This document shows, one piece after another, positions 30,478 through 41,032 of a stretch of 64,000 nt of DNA. The first letter of the stretch is position 1. Each line of letters opens with the position of its first letter. Origin of the DNA: Planctomycetota bacterium (GTDB taxonomy: Bacteria; Planctomycetota; UBA1135); the NCBI GenBank assembly GCA_045047305.1, contig JASFYO010000002.1, positions 32,001 through 96,000 on the forward strand, given 5' to 3'. The notes beneath the pieces are model-generated. The model worked only from the letters and a program-made list of their open reading frames with translations, did no database searches and was not told where the DNA came from. The translations under genes and the position numbers were made by a program.

Positions 30478-32085
30478 ATGATGAGAACCCTCCCCCTTTT
30501 GGCCCTTGGACTTGCAGCACCACTTGCTGCCCAAACCAATGCCACCAGCACTTTGATGACCTACGGCGACGTCCTCGGTGCGCCATCCACCCTAGTGCTC
30601 ACCGAGCTGACCCCCAACACCCCGGTGTTCCTGATTCCATCCTTTCAGAATACCGGCAGCCCCTTTCTTGTCGGCCTAACCGGCGACGCCAATGATCAGC
30701 TTGCCGTCGGGGTGGACCTTGCAGCGAACGGGAACATCTTCACTGGCATGTCCGATGCCACCGGACGCTATTCGATAAGTCTCACCATCCCGAATAACCC
30801 AGCGTTTCTTGATTCCACTGCGTATTGGCAGGGCTGGACCGAACCGGGCACAAGCGGCACTGGCCGTTACGACGATTTCTCCAACCTCCGCGCCATGAGT
30901 TTGAACAACGCCGCACGCTGGCAAAGCACCGAGAATGCAGTGCCCGTAGCCTCGGCGAATTTGGCCTTTAGCACTTGGGAAACGGGCAGCGAAAATGGAA
31001 ACCCTACGCGTTTGTTTGTCTGTGGTGGCGGGCCAGCTCTATTAGTCGATGCAAGCACGGCCTATACCACTCTCAACCAATGCTGGGAGGTGGATGGCGT
31101 CACTGGTCTACACACCTTGTTGCCAGGCACGATGAATGAAAGTCGCGCATTCCACAACTTAGTGCAACTCCAAGATGGACGCTTCATGGCGATTGGAGGC
31201 ATCACCGGACCCTTTGGCAGTGGCAGTAACTTCTTCACCCAAGTCCTACGCACCTGCGAGATTTACGATCCCGTCGCCGGCACCTGGACCACCACCCCGA
31301 ACATGGCTAAGTTCCGCGCCGGCTCTACCTCCTTTGTGATGCCCGACGGCCGCGTATTAGTTGCAGGCGGCACCGAAGGTAATAATGCACACGAGCTGCA
31401 TGACGTTGCAGATTTACTGGGCACCGCTCTAAAGACCACCGAAATTTATAACCCGACCACCAATACGTGGAGTTCTGGCCCCATCATGTCGGAGTTTAAA
31501 GCTGGCGCGATGTCGGTGGTTTTAGCTGACGGCCGTTGGTTGGTCTCAGGAGGCATTACCCACACTTCCTTGTTTGGCTTGCCGATTCCAGATTTCTCCA
31601 ACAACCAACAAATCTACAACCCGACGACCAATTCTTGGTCGAATACTGGCAACCTCAAAGCTAAGCGCGCACTTGGCGGTATGACTTTGATGGACAACGG
31701 TCAAGTGTTCATCGCGGGTGGCGGAGGTGGCGACATCTTTAACATCGGCCCAATTAAAAAAACCGAAACCTACAATCCTGCAACTGGCAGCACCACCACA
31801 AGGCCCAACCTAAGCATAGAATCCGCATTTAACACCTGCGTGGCTCTGCCGGGCAACGTGGTGATGATTATTGGCGGAGCAAAGGGAGACCTAATCGATC
31901 CGATTCCGCTGAACAACACTTGGTTCTACACCCATGCCTCGGCAACCATCACAGCGGGCCCGGCGATGACGGAAGCCCATGCTGGTGGTGTGGTGGTGCA
32001 ACTTGAAGACGGTACCGTGTACGTCGGCGGCGGCGAATCCAATAGCGGCACGGCAACCATCGCAGCGCGCTCTTACTCGCCATAG
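30478..32085 (+). CDS. Secreted Kelch-repeat protein with N-terminal beta-rich domain
   Basis: LAAPLAAQ signal; repeats DGRxxxxGG...EIYxP...W. Confidence 0.88.
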   Translation: MMRTLPLLALGLAAPLAAQTNATSTLMTYGDVLGAPSTLVLTELTPNTPVFLIPSFQNTGSPFLVGLTGDANDQLAVGVDLAANGNIFTGMSDATGRYSISLTIPNNPAFLDSTAYWQGWTEPGTSGTGRYDDFSNLRAMSLNNAARWQSTENAVPVASANLAFSTWETGSENGNPTRLFVCGGGPALLVDASTAYTTLNQCWEVDGVTGLHTLLPGTMNESRAFHNLVQLQDGRFMAIGGITGPFGSGSNFFTQVLRTCEIYDPVAGTWTTTPNMAKFRAGSTSFVMPDGRVLVAGGTEGNNAHELHDVADLLGTALKTTEIYNPTTNTWSSGPIMSEFKAGAMSVVLADGRWLVSGGITHTSLFGLPIPDFSNNQQIYNPTTNSWSNTGNLKAKRALGGMTLMDNGQVFIAGGGGGDIFNIGPIKKTETYNPATGSTTTRPNLSIESAFNTCVALPGNVVMIIGGAKGDLIDPIPLNNTWFYTHASATITAGPAMTEAHAGGVVVQLEDGTVYVGGGESNSGTATIAARSYSP

Positions 32086-33615
32086 TTACCAGTCGAAAGT
32101 CGCGGCGATCAATACCGACATCACAGTTTGATCGTATTGGTCGCCCGACAAATCGGACAACACCGTATTCGTACCTGCAGTCCACTTTTCAGGGATGGCT
32201 GCGATGACCGCGAGATGCCAATCGGCGATGCCATCACTCCCCGCCCACCAACTGGCTCCAGCCGCCACATGCATTTTGTTGTAAGGAGAAACGCCTGGCA
32301 GGACCGACCCACCCACCGGGTTGCGCGACCATCCGATGCCGCCACGCACGGTAAACCGCGGGTGCAAATCGATTTCATAGCCAGTGGAGACAGCAATGCT
32401 GTCGCGCCATTTAAGACCGAGGTCGATATCGATGGAACCGTCACCCCCTAGATAGCCTATAAATTCGGGATTGCTCGGATTGCTCAAACGCACCGTCCAA
32501 TCGCTAAACGCCTGGGACCAATCGGTCCACACCATCTTGGCTTGAAAGCGCTGACGATCTGTCATCCATCGTTCCATTGAGATTCCCGCCTGCTGCGGAA
32601 ATGCCACGCTAGTTAAACGGAAGTCATATTCCGAGGTCGGGTCATCCAATAAATTGACTCCAAGAATATCTTCCAATCCAGTGACGAATGTACCTAAATC
32701 ATCACTCAAATCCACGCGCACCTGCCCTTCTAGATTCGTCGCACTGGATTGTGGCCGGTACCAAAAACCGACGCGCGTGTTTCTGCTAGCTTGCCATGTA
32801 CCACCAAATTTCAGGTAAATACTAGGCGTACTGCTACTGGCCTCTCCGGAATACGTGGTCTGGAAAGCATCGACGCCACGATCCTCTCCCAGCTGCGCAA
32901 TCAACTCCCCCCAACTAAGGTTTCCAAATATCCCTGACAATCCATCTGGAATAGACCCCTTCAGGTCCGATAAAGCCACTTCCGCCGCTGAGGTACTTTT
33001 GAAATTTGTATTCCGGATCGACAGGCCCAAACCAAAGTTCAAGGCCTTGGTCGCACGCCAAGCGATTGATGGCTCAAGTGCAAGTTGGGTGAGCTCGGTT
33101 GCGATAGGAATATTTGCCGTTGCTGGCCCCCCGCTGCCATCGGGGTTGACCGTCACGATTTCCAATTCAGTGAGCCGGGTGGTGGAGAAATCCACTGCCA
33201 AGGTGGGTTGAAAAACGATACTCCAGGCGACGTCATCACCCAAAGAAGCGGCATACCCCAACCATGGCCCGACCGCCCCTGGCTGATCAATCATCAGCTC
33301 ATGACCACCCGTAGTGGTGATGTCGGTGCTGGTATTCACCGAACGTGCCAAAATCTCTAGGCGGTGGCGGCTACCTGGGTGCCGACTCCTCTCGCCAAAT
33401 AAATCCAACAGCGTTGCTGGGTTGGTGGAGGCATCGAGCAAGCTCTGCCCAGTACTAATTGCCGCACCCGCCGTGCCCGCCTCCTGTGCTGAAATCCCAG
33501 TGACCTCGGCACCTTGCTGAGCAGATAAAGAAAGGGTCGTCAGGTAAACAACGGCGAAAAACACCTGGGGGAGGCGAAATCGAGGCAAAGCTAATTCGAA
33601 GGAACAGCCGGGCAT
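32086..33615 (-). CDS. OmpP1/FadL-family outer-membrane transporter
   Basis: Signal peptide, NPA hatch motif (STNPATL), amphipathic strands, terminal aromatic residue (TFDW). Confidence 0.7.
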   Translation of the reverse strand: MPGCSFELALPRFRLPQVFFAVVYLTTLSLSAQQGAEVTGISAQEAGTAGAAISTGQSLLDASTNPATLLDLFGERSRHPGSRHRLEILARSVNTSTDITTTGGHELMIDQPGAVGPWLGYAASLGDDVAWSIVFQPTLAVDFSTTRLTELEIVTVNPDGSGGPATANIPIATELTQLALEPSIAWRATKALNFGLGLSIRNTNFKSTSAAEVALSDLKGSIPDGLSGIFGNLSWGELIAQLGEDRGVDAFQTTYSGEASSSTPSIYLKFGGTWQASRNTRVGFWYRPQSSATNLEGQVRVDLSDDLGTFVTGLEDILGVNLLDDPTSEYDFRLTSVAFPQQAGISMERWMTDRQRFQAKMVWTDWSQAFSDWTVRLSNPSNPEFIGYLGGDGSIDIDLGLKWRDSIAVSTGYEIDLHPRFTVRGGIGWSRNPVGGSVLPGVSPYNKMHVAAGASWWAGSDGIADWHLAVIAAIPEKWTAGTNTVLSDLSGDQYDQTVMSVLIAATFDW

Positions 33616-34571
33616 TCCCGACGGAGATAATCCAAGACTTGCTGGAAAATCGGGGGGTAAGGGGAGTCAAACTCCATGCGACCGAGCTTCGGATGCTCGA
33701 AAGACAATTTCGCGGCATGCAAAAGAGTGCGGTCCGGGGCCGGACAATCCGCAGGCAGCATGCCCACACCAAAGTTCTTGGCGCGATAGAAGGGGTCGCC
33801 GACTAAGGGCAATCCCGCATCCGTGAGGTGCACACGGATCTGGTGCTTACGACCCGTTTTGGGCACCACCTTCATCAATACGAAGCCGTCGAAATCCTCG
33901 AGTACTTCCCAATAAGAAAGTGCGTCACGGGTGCCATTCTCAGTCGAGTTGGTTGCCACCACCCGATTGGGAGAACGCGGATCCGCGCGGAGACGACGTT
34001 CCACCCAATCCGACCGGAAACGCGGCTTGCCATAACAAATAGCGTGGTATTCCTTGTCCACCGAGCGTTCGGCAAATTGAGCCTGCACATCCTCGAAGGC
34101 CTCTACCTGGAAGGCCACCACGCAAGCGCCGGAAGTTCCACGGTCTAGGCGGTGGACGATTCCGGGGCGTTCAGCACCCTGCCCAATGGGCAAATTCGGG
34201 CCATATTTATGCACCAGCCAGTTTGCGACACTCATTTGGGTGTCACCCGCAGAATTTCCATGCATCGGCAAGCCTGCCGGTTTGTCTAAAACCGCCAAGT
34301 ACTCATCCTCAAATAGGATGCCCGGTTCCAACTCCGACCCAACCTCTGGGACTTTCACCGCTGGTACCGTCAGGCACATTTTTTGCCCTTCAGCCACTAG
34401 AAAGCCTGGTTTTTCAATGACTTCGCCATCCAATTGCACCAATCCATCGCGGATCCATCCGGAAAGACGAGAGCGGGAATAGCCCTTACCCAGAAGCGCG
34501 ACTACGGCCTTATCGAGCCTTTTGCCGTGCAATTCTGGGGTAATTTTTGCTTGGTAAGTTTTATCGTTCAC
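33591..34571 (-). CDS. rluD: RluA/RluD-family pseudouridine synthase with S4 domain (start uncertain)
   Basis: RLDKAV...SRSRL S4 domain, DKPAGL, GIVHRLDRGTSG, TGRKHQIRVH, LHAAKL. Confidence 0.88.
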   Translation of the reverse strand: MNDKTYQAKITPELHGKRLDKAVVALLGKGYSRSRLSGWIRDGLVQLDGEVIEKPGFLVAEGQKMCLTVPAVKVPEVGSELEPGILFEDEYLAVLDKPAGLPMHGNSAGDTQMSVANWLVHKYGPNLPIGQGAERPGIVHRLDRGTSGACVVAFQVEAFEDVQAQFAERSVDKEYHAICYGKPRFRSDWVERRLRADPRSPNRVVATNSTENGTRDALSYWEVLEDFDGFVLMKVVPKTGRKHQIRVHLTDAGLPLVGDPFYRAKNFGVGMLPADCPAPDRTLLHAAKLSFEHPKLGRMEFDSPYPPIFQQVLDYLRRECPAVPSN

Positions 34572-34698
34572 GTCAGAAGCCGAAACCTCGGGTACGCAAC
34601 AGTCTAGAGAAGAGCGGGCATCAGGGAGACTCCATTTGGCGCATTCGCCGTGCTGGAGTAAATTGCTCGGCCCCCTCGGCGCACCTACCGCTTCCAGG

Positions 34699-36453
34699 AT
34701 GATTTCTACTCTACTACTCAGTCTGACTTTTTCCCTTCTCCAAGGCCCGGCACAACGTCCAGGCTTGGTCGAAATCCCTGCTGGTAACGTCACTCTTGGC
34801 GCTGCGGAGAAGCCAACCCTGGAGCGCATCCGCAAAGATCCGGTGAAAGCTTCCATTTTTGCTGGCGAACTTCCACGCACCTCGGTCGCTGTAGAAGGCT
34901 TCTTCATTAGCCCCACTCCAATTACCAATGAGATGTACCTGGAGTTCGTCAACGCGACGGGCGCGGTGCCTCCTCCAACCTGGGCCGTCATCAGCAAAGA
35001 CAAGCGCCAGGAGATCATTCATGAAGGCCAAGCTTGGGTGGAAGATCAGATGACCAACCCCGGTTATAAGTTCGACGAGCAAGCACAGGCTGATTGGTGG
35101 CAAGCGCATTGGCAAGACGAAGGTCAAGAGTGGAAAATGCCAGCTGATATCGCGCTGGAGCCGGTCGTTTTCATTAGCTTCGTCGATGCCCAAGCATATT
35201 GCGAATGGATTGGCATGCGCCTTCCGACCGAAAGTGAATGGGTCCGCGCCGCGCGTGGCGATACCGACTGGGATTATCCATACGGTCCGGAATTCAGCCC
35301 GGACAAATCAAGCAGCATTAGCACCAAGCCAATGAAGCTTGCGTTTAAGCGTTTGCCGGTTTGCACTTTCGATAACCCTTCGCCCTTTGGCATCTACGAC
35401 ATGGTTGGGCAAGTGCACGAATTTACCGATTCGAAAGCGAAAAAGCTGGAGGGGTACAAATCGTTTAATCTAGAAGTGAAAAATGCTTCGGGCAAGAAGG
35501 AAAAGATTTACCCGGACCCCGTTTGGGACCAAAGCCGCATCATCTTGAAAGGCGGGTGCTGCGAGTTGGAAGATAAGTACATGCGCATTGATTCGCGTTA
35601 TGCCTACGAGAGAACCGCCGCAGTCCGTTTGGTCGGCTTCCGTGTTGCAGCAAGCAAGGCTCCATTCCAAGACTCCGCCTACCTCAAGACGCGCAACATG
35701 CGCAGTGGCGTGCTCGGCGCCCCGCCGGCTTCTGGCCTAGATTATGCGCGCACCATTGGCATGGAGCAGTTTCAGCAGTTCGACTTAGCTAAAATTGCTG
35801 CAAAGCGAGCCCCTCACGAGGCACTGAAAGCCCTCGGTATGGAGCCAAAGCTTCCTCCATCCTATGCCGTCTTTGGACCGCACCGCGCCCTGACCCTGAC
35901 CCCTTTACGCGACCCATTCGAGGTCTATAAGTGGCAGAGCTTTTCCAAAATTGATAAGGAAGCCAACAAGGAAGGACGATTCGTACCGGTTGGTGCTTTC
36001 TGTACCGATCTAGCGCTCGCCGATTACAACCTGCCTCCTGGCACCTACACCATGGTCTACATGCCAGGCCTCAAAAAGAAAACCATGGCGCGTATGGGGG
36101 CGTGGACCAAGGGCAAAGACAAGCCAGGAGCGGACGGCGAGGCGATAGAAATCAAGGATCCTTTGCGGCCGTCGATTGACATCACCAACCTCGAGTTAGT
36201 GCCGGATCGTCGCTACATGCTGCTCGCTGATGACCAAGGGGTCGCTGTGGCAGCCATTCCGTTGGCTTTGGCGCCCACCTTGAAGCAAGAGAAATCGGTT
36301 CCACATGAACTCGTGTTCAACAAAAAGACCGGCGGGCTAATGGTCAAGTTCCGTGTTGCTGCCAACCGCGGCAAAGCTTACGGCTTTTCCTTCAGCATCA
36401 ATCCAGTTGACGCCGAAGGTAAAAGCATGGCAAACCCTGCCGACTGGAAGTAG
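34699..36453 (+). CDS. Secreted SUMF1/FGE-sulfatase-fold protein with C-terminal extension
   Basis: PITNEMY, PVVFISFVDAQAYC, RLPTESEWVRAARG, FGIYDMVGQVHEF, GFRVA. Confidence 0.85.
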   Translation: MISTLLLSLTFSLLQGPAQRPGLVEIPAGNVTLGAAEKPTLERIRKDPVKASIFAGELPRTSVAVEGFFISPTPITNEMYLEFVNATGAVPPPTWAVISKDKRQEIIHEGQAWVEDQMTNPGYKFDEQAQADWWQAHWQDEGQEWKMPADIALEPVVFISFVDAQAYCEWIGMRLPTESEWVRAARGDTDWDYPYGPEFSPDKSSSISTKPMKLAFKRLPVCTFDNPSPFGIYDMVGQVHEFTDSKAKKLEGYKSFNLEVKNASGKKEKIYPDPVWDQSRIILKGGCCELEDKYMRIDSRYAYERTAAVRLVGFRVAASKAPFQDSAYLKTRNMRSGVLGAPPASGLDYARTIGMEQFQQFDLAKIAAKRAPHEALKALGMEPKLPPSYAVFGPHRALTLTPLRDPFEVYKWQSFSKIDKEANKEGRFVPVGAFCTDLALADYNLPPGTYTMVYMPGLKKKTMARMGAWTKGKDKPGADGEAIEIKDPLRPSIDITNLELVPDRRYMLLADDQGVAVAAIPLALAPTLKQEKSVPHELVFNKKTGGLMVKFRVAANRGKAYGFSFSINPVDAEGKSMANPADWK

Positions 36454-36456
36454 AAC

Positions 36457-39189
36457 TTAGTTCGACAGTCCATCTAGATTTGCGCTGAGAGTTTCTAGCT
36501 CTTTGCGCAAATCTTCAATTCTGGAGCGTTCGGAGGCGACGACTTCCGGATCGGCATTAGCCAAGAAGCGCTCATTACCGAGCTTGCCTTCAATCGCCCG
36601 AATGCCCTTCTCCACCTTTTCCATTTTCTTATCGAGATTGGAGCGCAACTTAGCTGGATCGGTTTCTGCGGTGAATGGCAGGAAGACCGAACCGCCGCGG
36701 AAGACATCGGTGCCGGTGTTCGTGGGTTTCGCATCTTCGGTGCTGCCGAGATGCATGGTTTCCACCCGAGCGAGGAAGCAAGCGAGGTCCTTACACTTCT
36801 GCAGGGAGGCACTAGCGTCAACGGAATCACACAGCACGGTTGCCGCAGGACGATCGCTGGCAGGGATTTCAAGCAGACCACGCACATTGCGCAGCGCACG
36901 GACCACATCCTGCAAACGCTCGTAGTCGGCTTCTGCAGCGGCATCGGTGAGCTCTGGCTGACTTTTCGGCCAGGATGCCCCCATCAGCAGGCCATCGTCA
37001 TCCTTCAAGCTTACTGGTACTTCCGACCACAAGGCTTCGGTGAGATAAGGCGTGAATGGGTGCAGCAGTTTCAGCAGCTGCGCCAGGGTTTGGCCAAGAG
37101 TGGCGCGTGCAGCCGCAGCGGATCGCGCTTCCGGCCCATCTGGCGCTGTATCTTCTGCAGCCCACAGCCGACGCTTGGCACTTTCAACATACCAATCGCA
37201 GAAGTCGTCCCAGGTAAAACGGTACAGAGCTTGGGCGGCATCGTGAAAATCGTAAGCCTCCAGGTGCTGGCTGACTTCCTCTTGCAGCCCTTGCAGGCGC
37301 GAGCGAATCCAGCGGTCCTCTAACTCCAAATCCTCTGCCGCCGGAGTGGCAGCAAGGGTTGCGGGGTCGGCGCCTTCTAGGTTCTGCAACACAAAGCGCG
37401 ACACGTTCCAAATCTTGTTGCAGAAACGCTGCCCCAACTCGAAACGGTTTTCCGCTAGTTTCACATCTTGCCCTTCGCGGGTGAGGATCATGAGTGAGTA
37501 ACGCACGGCATCGGCACCGTACTTCTCAATCATCTCCACCGGGTCAATGCCGTTGCCGGCCGACTTCGACATACGTTTGCCATTGCCATCCAAAACCGTC
37601 GCGTGGATGTAACAAGTGGCGAAGGGATTACGTTTCTCCATCGGCAGCTTGTCCATGAAGGCATAGCCGGCCATGACCATGCGAGCGACCCACAAGTAAA
37701 TGATGTCGCGTGCAGTGGAGAGAAACTGCGTTGGGTAGAAACGCGCGAGGTCATCGCTGTCTTCCTTCGGCCAACTCAAAGTAGCAAAAGGCCATAGCCA
37801 GGAGCTGCCCCAAGTATCGAGCACATCTTCATCCTGGCGCACCAAAGGCTTACCAGTCACTGGGTGTGCACTGCCAATTTCCAAGTCATCGACCGATGCA
37901 ACCGGCACGTGGTCCTCGTCGTACCAAACCGGAATCCGATGCCCCCACCACAGTTGGCGCGAAATGCACCAATCGTGCACATTCTCCAACCAATCGAGGT
38001 AGACCTTGGTCCAACGCTCCGGCTTAAACTTCAACGAGCCATCTTTGACCGCGTTAATTGCCGGCGCCGCCATCTCCGACATCTTCACAAACCATTGCTC
38101 CGAGATCAGCGGTTCAATCACCGTCTTGGAACGGTCGGAAATGGTCACGTTGTGGGTGATGTCCTTCTCTTCGACGAACAACCCAAGCGCATCCAAGGCC
38201 TCGATCACAGCCTTGCGTGCAGCTTCCCGAGTCATGCCAGCGTATGCACCGCACTCCTCGTTCATGGTGCCGTCGTTGTTAAGCACGTTGATAATCGGCA
38301 AGTTGTGCCGTTTCCCGCGCTCATAGTCTGCCGGGTCATGGCCGGGCGTGACTTTGACCGCACCGGTGCCAAACTCTGGGTCAACTGAATCATCGGCGAT
38401 GATCGGAATCTCGCGGTCCATCAGTGGCAGCATGATTTTCTGCCCGACCAAATGCCCAAATCGTGGGTCGTCGGGGTGCACCGCAACCCCGGTATCGCCC
38501 AACATGGTTTCCGGACGCGTGGTCGCCACGCAAAGCGACTCCTCGGAATCCTTCACCGGATAACGCAGGGTCCAAATCTTGCCCTTGCGCGAGACATATT
38601 CAATCTCGTCGTCGGAAACGGCCGTCATCAACTTGCAGTCCCAGTTGACCAAGCGTGCGCCACGGTAAACCAGACCTTGCTCCCACATGCGCACGAAGGA
38701 AACCCGCACTGCTTTGGCCATGTCTGGATCCAAAGTGAATTTGGTGCGACTCCAATCACAGGTCGCGCCGAGACGTTTCAGCTGACCCAAAATCACATCG
38801 CCATGATGCTCGCGCCACTTCCATACCTCGTCGGTGAAAGCTTCGCGGCCCATTTCTTTACGGTCCATCCCTTCCGCGGCCAACTTGCGCTCGACCACAG
38901 CCTGCGTGGCAATGCCAGCGTGATCGGTTCCAGGGACCCACAACACATCGAAGCCCAGCATGCGGCGATGACGCACCACAATGTCTTGCATGGTGTTGTT
39001 CAACGCGTGGCCCATGTGCAGCACTCCCGTCACATTGGGCGGCGGCATCATCACGGTGAAGGTCTCGTTGCCAGTGTCTTCGGCAGGCGGCGACATCAGG
39101 CCACTACGCTCCCACTCGGCGTAAAGGCGTTGCTCGAATTCAGCCGGCGTGTAGCGCGACGAAAGGGTGTTCTCGGCAGTCTCGGTCAT
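36457..39189 (-). CDS. valS: Valyl-tRNA synthetase
   Basis: PPPNVTGVLHMGH, DHAGIATQ, WCISRQLWWGH, RMSKS, C-terminal coiled coil. Confidence 0.98.
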   Translation of the reverse strand: MTETAENTLSSRYTPAEFEQRLYAEWERSGLMSPPAEDTGNETFTVMMPPPNVTGVLHMGHALNNTMQDIVVRHRRMLGFDVLWVPGTDHAGIATQAVVERKLAAEGMDRKEMGREAFTDEVWKWREHHGDVILGQLKRLGATCDWSRTKFTLDPDMAKAVRVSFVRMWEQGLVYRGARLVNWDCKLMTAVSDDEIEYVSRKGKIWTLRYPVKDSEESLCVATTRPETMLGDTGVAVHPDDPRFGHLVGQKIMLPLMDREIPIIADDSVDPEFGTGAVKVTPGHDPADYERGKRHNLPIINVLNNDGTMNEECGAYAGMTREAARKAVIEALDALGLFVEEKDITHNVTISDRSKTVIEPLISEQWFVKMSEMAAPAINAVKDGSLKFKPERWTKVYLDWLENVHDWCISRQLWWGHRIPVWYDEDHVPVASVDDLEIGSAHPVTGKPLVRQDEDVLDTWGSSWLWPFATLSWPKEDSDDLARFYPTQFLSTARDIIYLWVARMVMAGYAFMDKLPMEKRNPFATCYIHATVLDGNGKRMSKSAGNGIDPVEMIEKYGADAVRYSLMILTREGQDVKLAENRFELGQRFCNKIWNVSRFVLQNLEGADPATLAATPAAEDLELEDRWIRSRLQGLQEEVSQHLEAYDFHDAAQALYRFTWDDFCDWYVESAKRRLWAAEDTAPDGPEARSAAAARATLGQTLAQLLKLLHPFTPYLTEALWSEVPVSLKDDDGLLMGASWPKSQPELTDAAAEADYERLQDVVRALRNVRGLLEIPASDRPAATVLCDSVDASASLQKCKDLACFLARVETMHLGSTEDAKPTNTGTDVFRGGSVFLPFTAETDPAKLRSNLDKKMEKVEKGIRAIEGKLGNERFLANADPEVVASERSRIEDLRKELETLSANLDGLSN

Positions 39190-39216
39190 GATTCCTCGGT
39201 CTGGGGCCGTACCCCG

Positions 39217-40107
39217 TTAAGCAGGAGGCGTGGAGGTCCAGGCTAGGGATTGTCGCAGATTCGGCGGCTCCCATCCCAGGGCTTTTCGGGTGCGCGCATT
39301 CTCGAGATTCAGCTTCAAGCTACGCGGCGGGCCATCGAAATCTAGTGCGGAAACGGATTCAAAGTTGGGCTCCAAGCCTGCAAGCTCGCAAATCACCTCA
39401 CCAAACTGCAAGCGACTCACCGATTCGCTCCCGGAAAGGTGGAATACTCCGGGCAGACGGCGGGAGGCGATTTTCCACAACATGGGGCCGATGGCGGCTG
39501 CGGCGACTGGAGTGCGGTACTCATCATGAAACAAACGCAGCCGCTGACCCGCCTGGACAGCATCCACAATTGCACTATCAGCACCACCACGACCTGCGCC
39601 CAAGGAAGGGCCAATTAACAGCGGCAAACGCACCACGGCACCGCCAGCCTCGAGTACCAAAGTCTCGGCTTCGGCTTTGCTTTGTCCATAGAGGCTCAAG
39701 GGAGAAACCGCACTACATTCGTCATAGCTGTCGGCGCGGCCATCGAAAACTTGCTCGGTGGAAACGTAAAGCGGAAAACTGTCCCACGCCGACGCCGTGT
39801 GTAACCATTCCTCCACCGCCAACACATTCACCTGCCGTGTTAGTGCTGGGTGGTCGGCACAATCCTTGGCGCGAGTCATACACGCCGCATGCACCACCAC
39901 CGACGGACGCATCATGTCTAAAACCTCTTGAAAATCCCTTTTTCGCGCCAAATTCAAGCGCACGCTCGGAGCATCCAACCAGAACTTGGGACGCACCCGA
40001 CCGCCAAAGGCAAAAGTGTGCGCGGGAAGGGACTGCCGAATGCCCCAACCTAAAACTCCACCCATACCCGTGAGCAACCACGGCGTTAAACTTTCCCCGC
40101 CTTTCAT
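39217..40107 (-). CDS. RmlD/RfbD-like SDR oxidoreductase
   Basis: TGMGGVLG, STEQVFDG, YGQSK. Confidence 0.8.
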   Translation of the reverse strand: MKGGESLTPWLLTGMGGVLGWGIRQSLPAHTFAFGGRVRPKFWLDAPSVRLNLARKRDFQEVLDMMRPSVVVHAACMTRAKDCADHPALTRQVNVLAVEEWLHTASAWDSFPLYVSTEQVFDGRADSYDECSAVSPLSLYGQSKAEAETLVLEAGGAVVRLPLLIGPSLGAGRGGADSAIVDAVQAGQRLRLFHDEYRTPVAAAAIGPMLWKIASRRLPGVFHLSGSESVSRLQFGEVICELAGLEPNFESVSALDFDGPPRSLKLNLENARTRKALGWEPPNLRQSLAWTSTPPA

Positions 40108-40131
40108 CACGACAGACTAAAGCACCCCCCC

Positions 40132-41028
40132 ATGCAAATTGAGATTCTGGCCAACCCTTTTTCGGGTCGAGGCCGCGGACCGGAAAAAGCTGCACGCATT
40201 GCCGAGCTCCTCAGCGCACGAGGACACACGGTTGGCGTGCACGTGGGGCGTTCACGTCAAGATGGAATCCAGTGGGCCGGAAATGCGGCGAAAATTGCGG
40301 ACCGACTGGTCGTAGTGGGTGGCGACGGCACCCTCAATGGTGTCATGAATGGATTGCCAGCTGACTCGCCGCCACTTGCGCTTTCACCTTTGGGCACCGC
40401 AAACATGTTGGCACTGGAGCTGAAGATTAAGCGTCGGCCGGAAGATACGGTCACTTTGGTGGAGCGTGGCGAACGTCAGTTGATTGATGTGCCTACGGTG
40501 AGCTATCAGAGCGCGAAGGCGCGGCGCGCACAACGGTGTTTCCTGTGCCTCGGTTTCGGTTACGACGGCGAGCTCATGCGGCGCATGCAGGAGCAGCGCG
40601 ATGGACCGATTCATCCCGCGCAATACGTCAAGGTTTTGGCCGACGCGATGCGCAGCTGGACTCCGGTGCCGCAAACCATCATTGCCGATGATCAGCCGGT
40701 AGGCGAATACAGCTACGGTATCCTTTCAGGAGTCAGCTTTTACGGCAGCCCGCTGCTACGCCTTGGCCGCTGTGGCCTCCAGGACGGCGCATGGGAGCTC
40801 TTCTTGTTCCGCGACGTCACACTCCTGAACGGCGGACTCTTTGCCATAGCGGCGGCCGGAGGGCAGCTGGAGAAGCTTCCCCACGTACGCCGCATTCCGG
40901 TGCGCAAAGTCAGCATCCAAGGCGCGGAAAATGCTCCAGTGCAGGTCGATGGCGACTATGTGGGGAATACTCCGCTAGAATTCCGCATCGACGGCATGCA
41001 GGTACCTCTGCTTGTTGCCCGACCTTAA
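40132..41028 (+). CDS. Diacylglycerol/lipid kinase family (YegS/DagK-like)
   Basis: NPFSG, GGDGT, GTANML, QVDGD. Confidence 0.9.
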   Translation: MQIEILANPFSGRGRGPEKAARIAELLSARGHTVGVHVGRSRQDGIQWAGNAAKIADRLVVVGGDGTLNGVMNGLPADSPPLALSPLGTANMLALELKIKRRPEDTVTLVERGERQLIDVPTVSYQSAKARRAQRCFLCLGFGYDGELMRRMQEQRDGPIHPAQYVKVLADAMRSWTPVPQTIIADDQPVGEYSYGILSGVSFYGSPLLRLGRCGLQDGAWELFLFRDVTLLNGGLFAIAAAGGQLEKLPHVRRIPVRKVSIQGAENAPVQVDGDYVGNTPLEFRIDGMQVPLLVARP

Positions 41029-41032
41029 TCCC

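Noticed and set aside
34572..35018. 149-aa N-terminal extension of the rluD-like ORF
   Set aside because: Mostly antisense to the SUMF1-like gene; homology starts near the S4 domain
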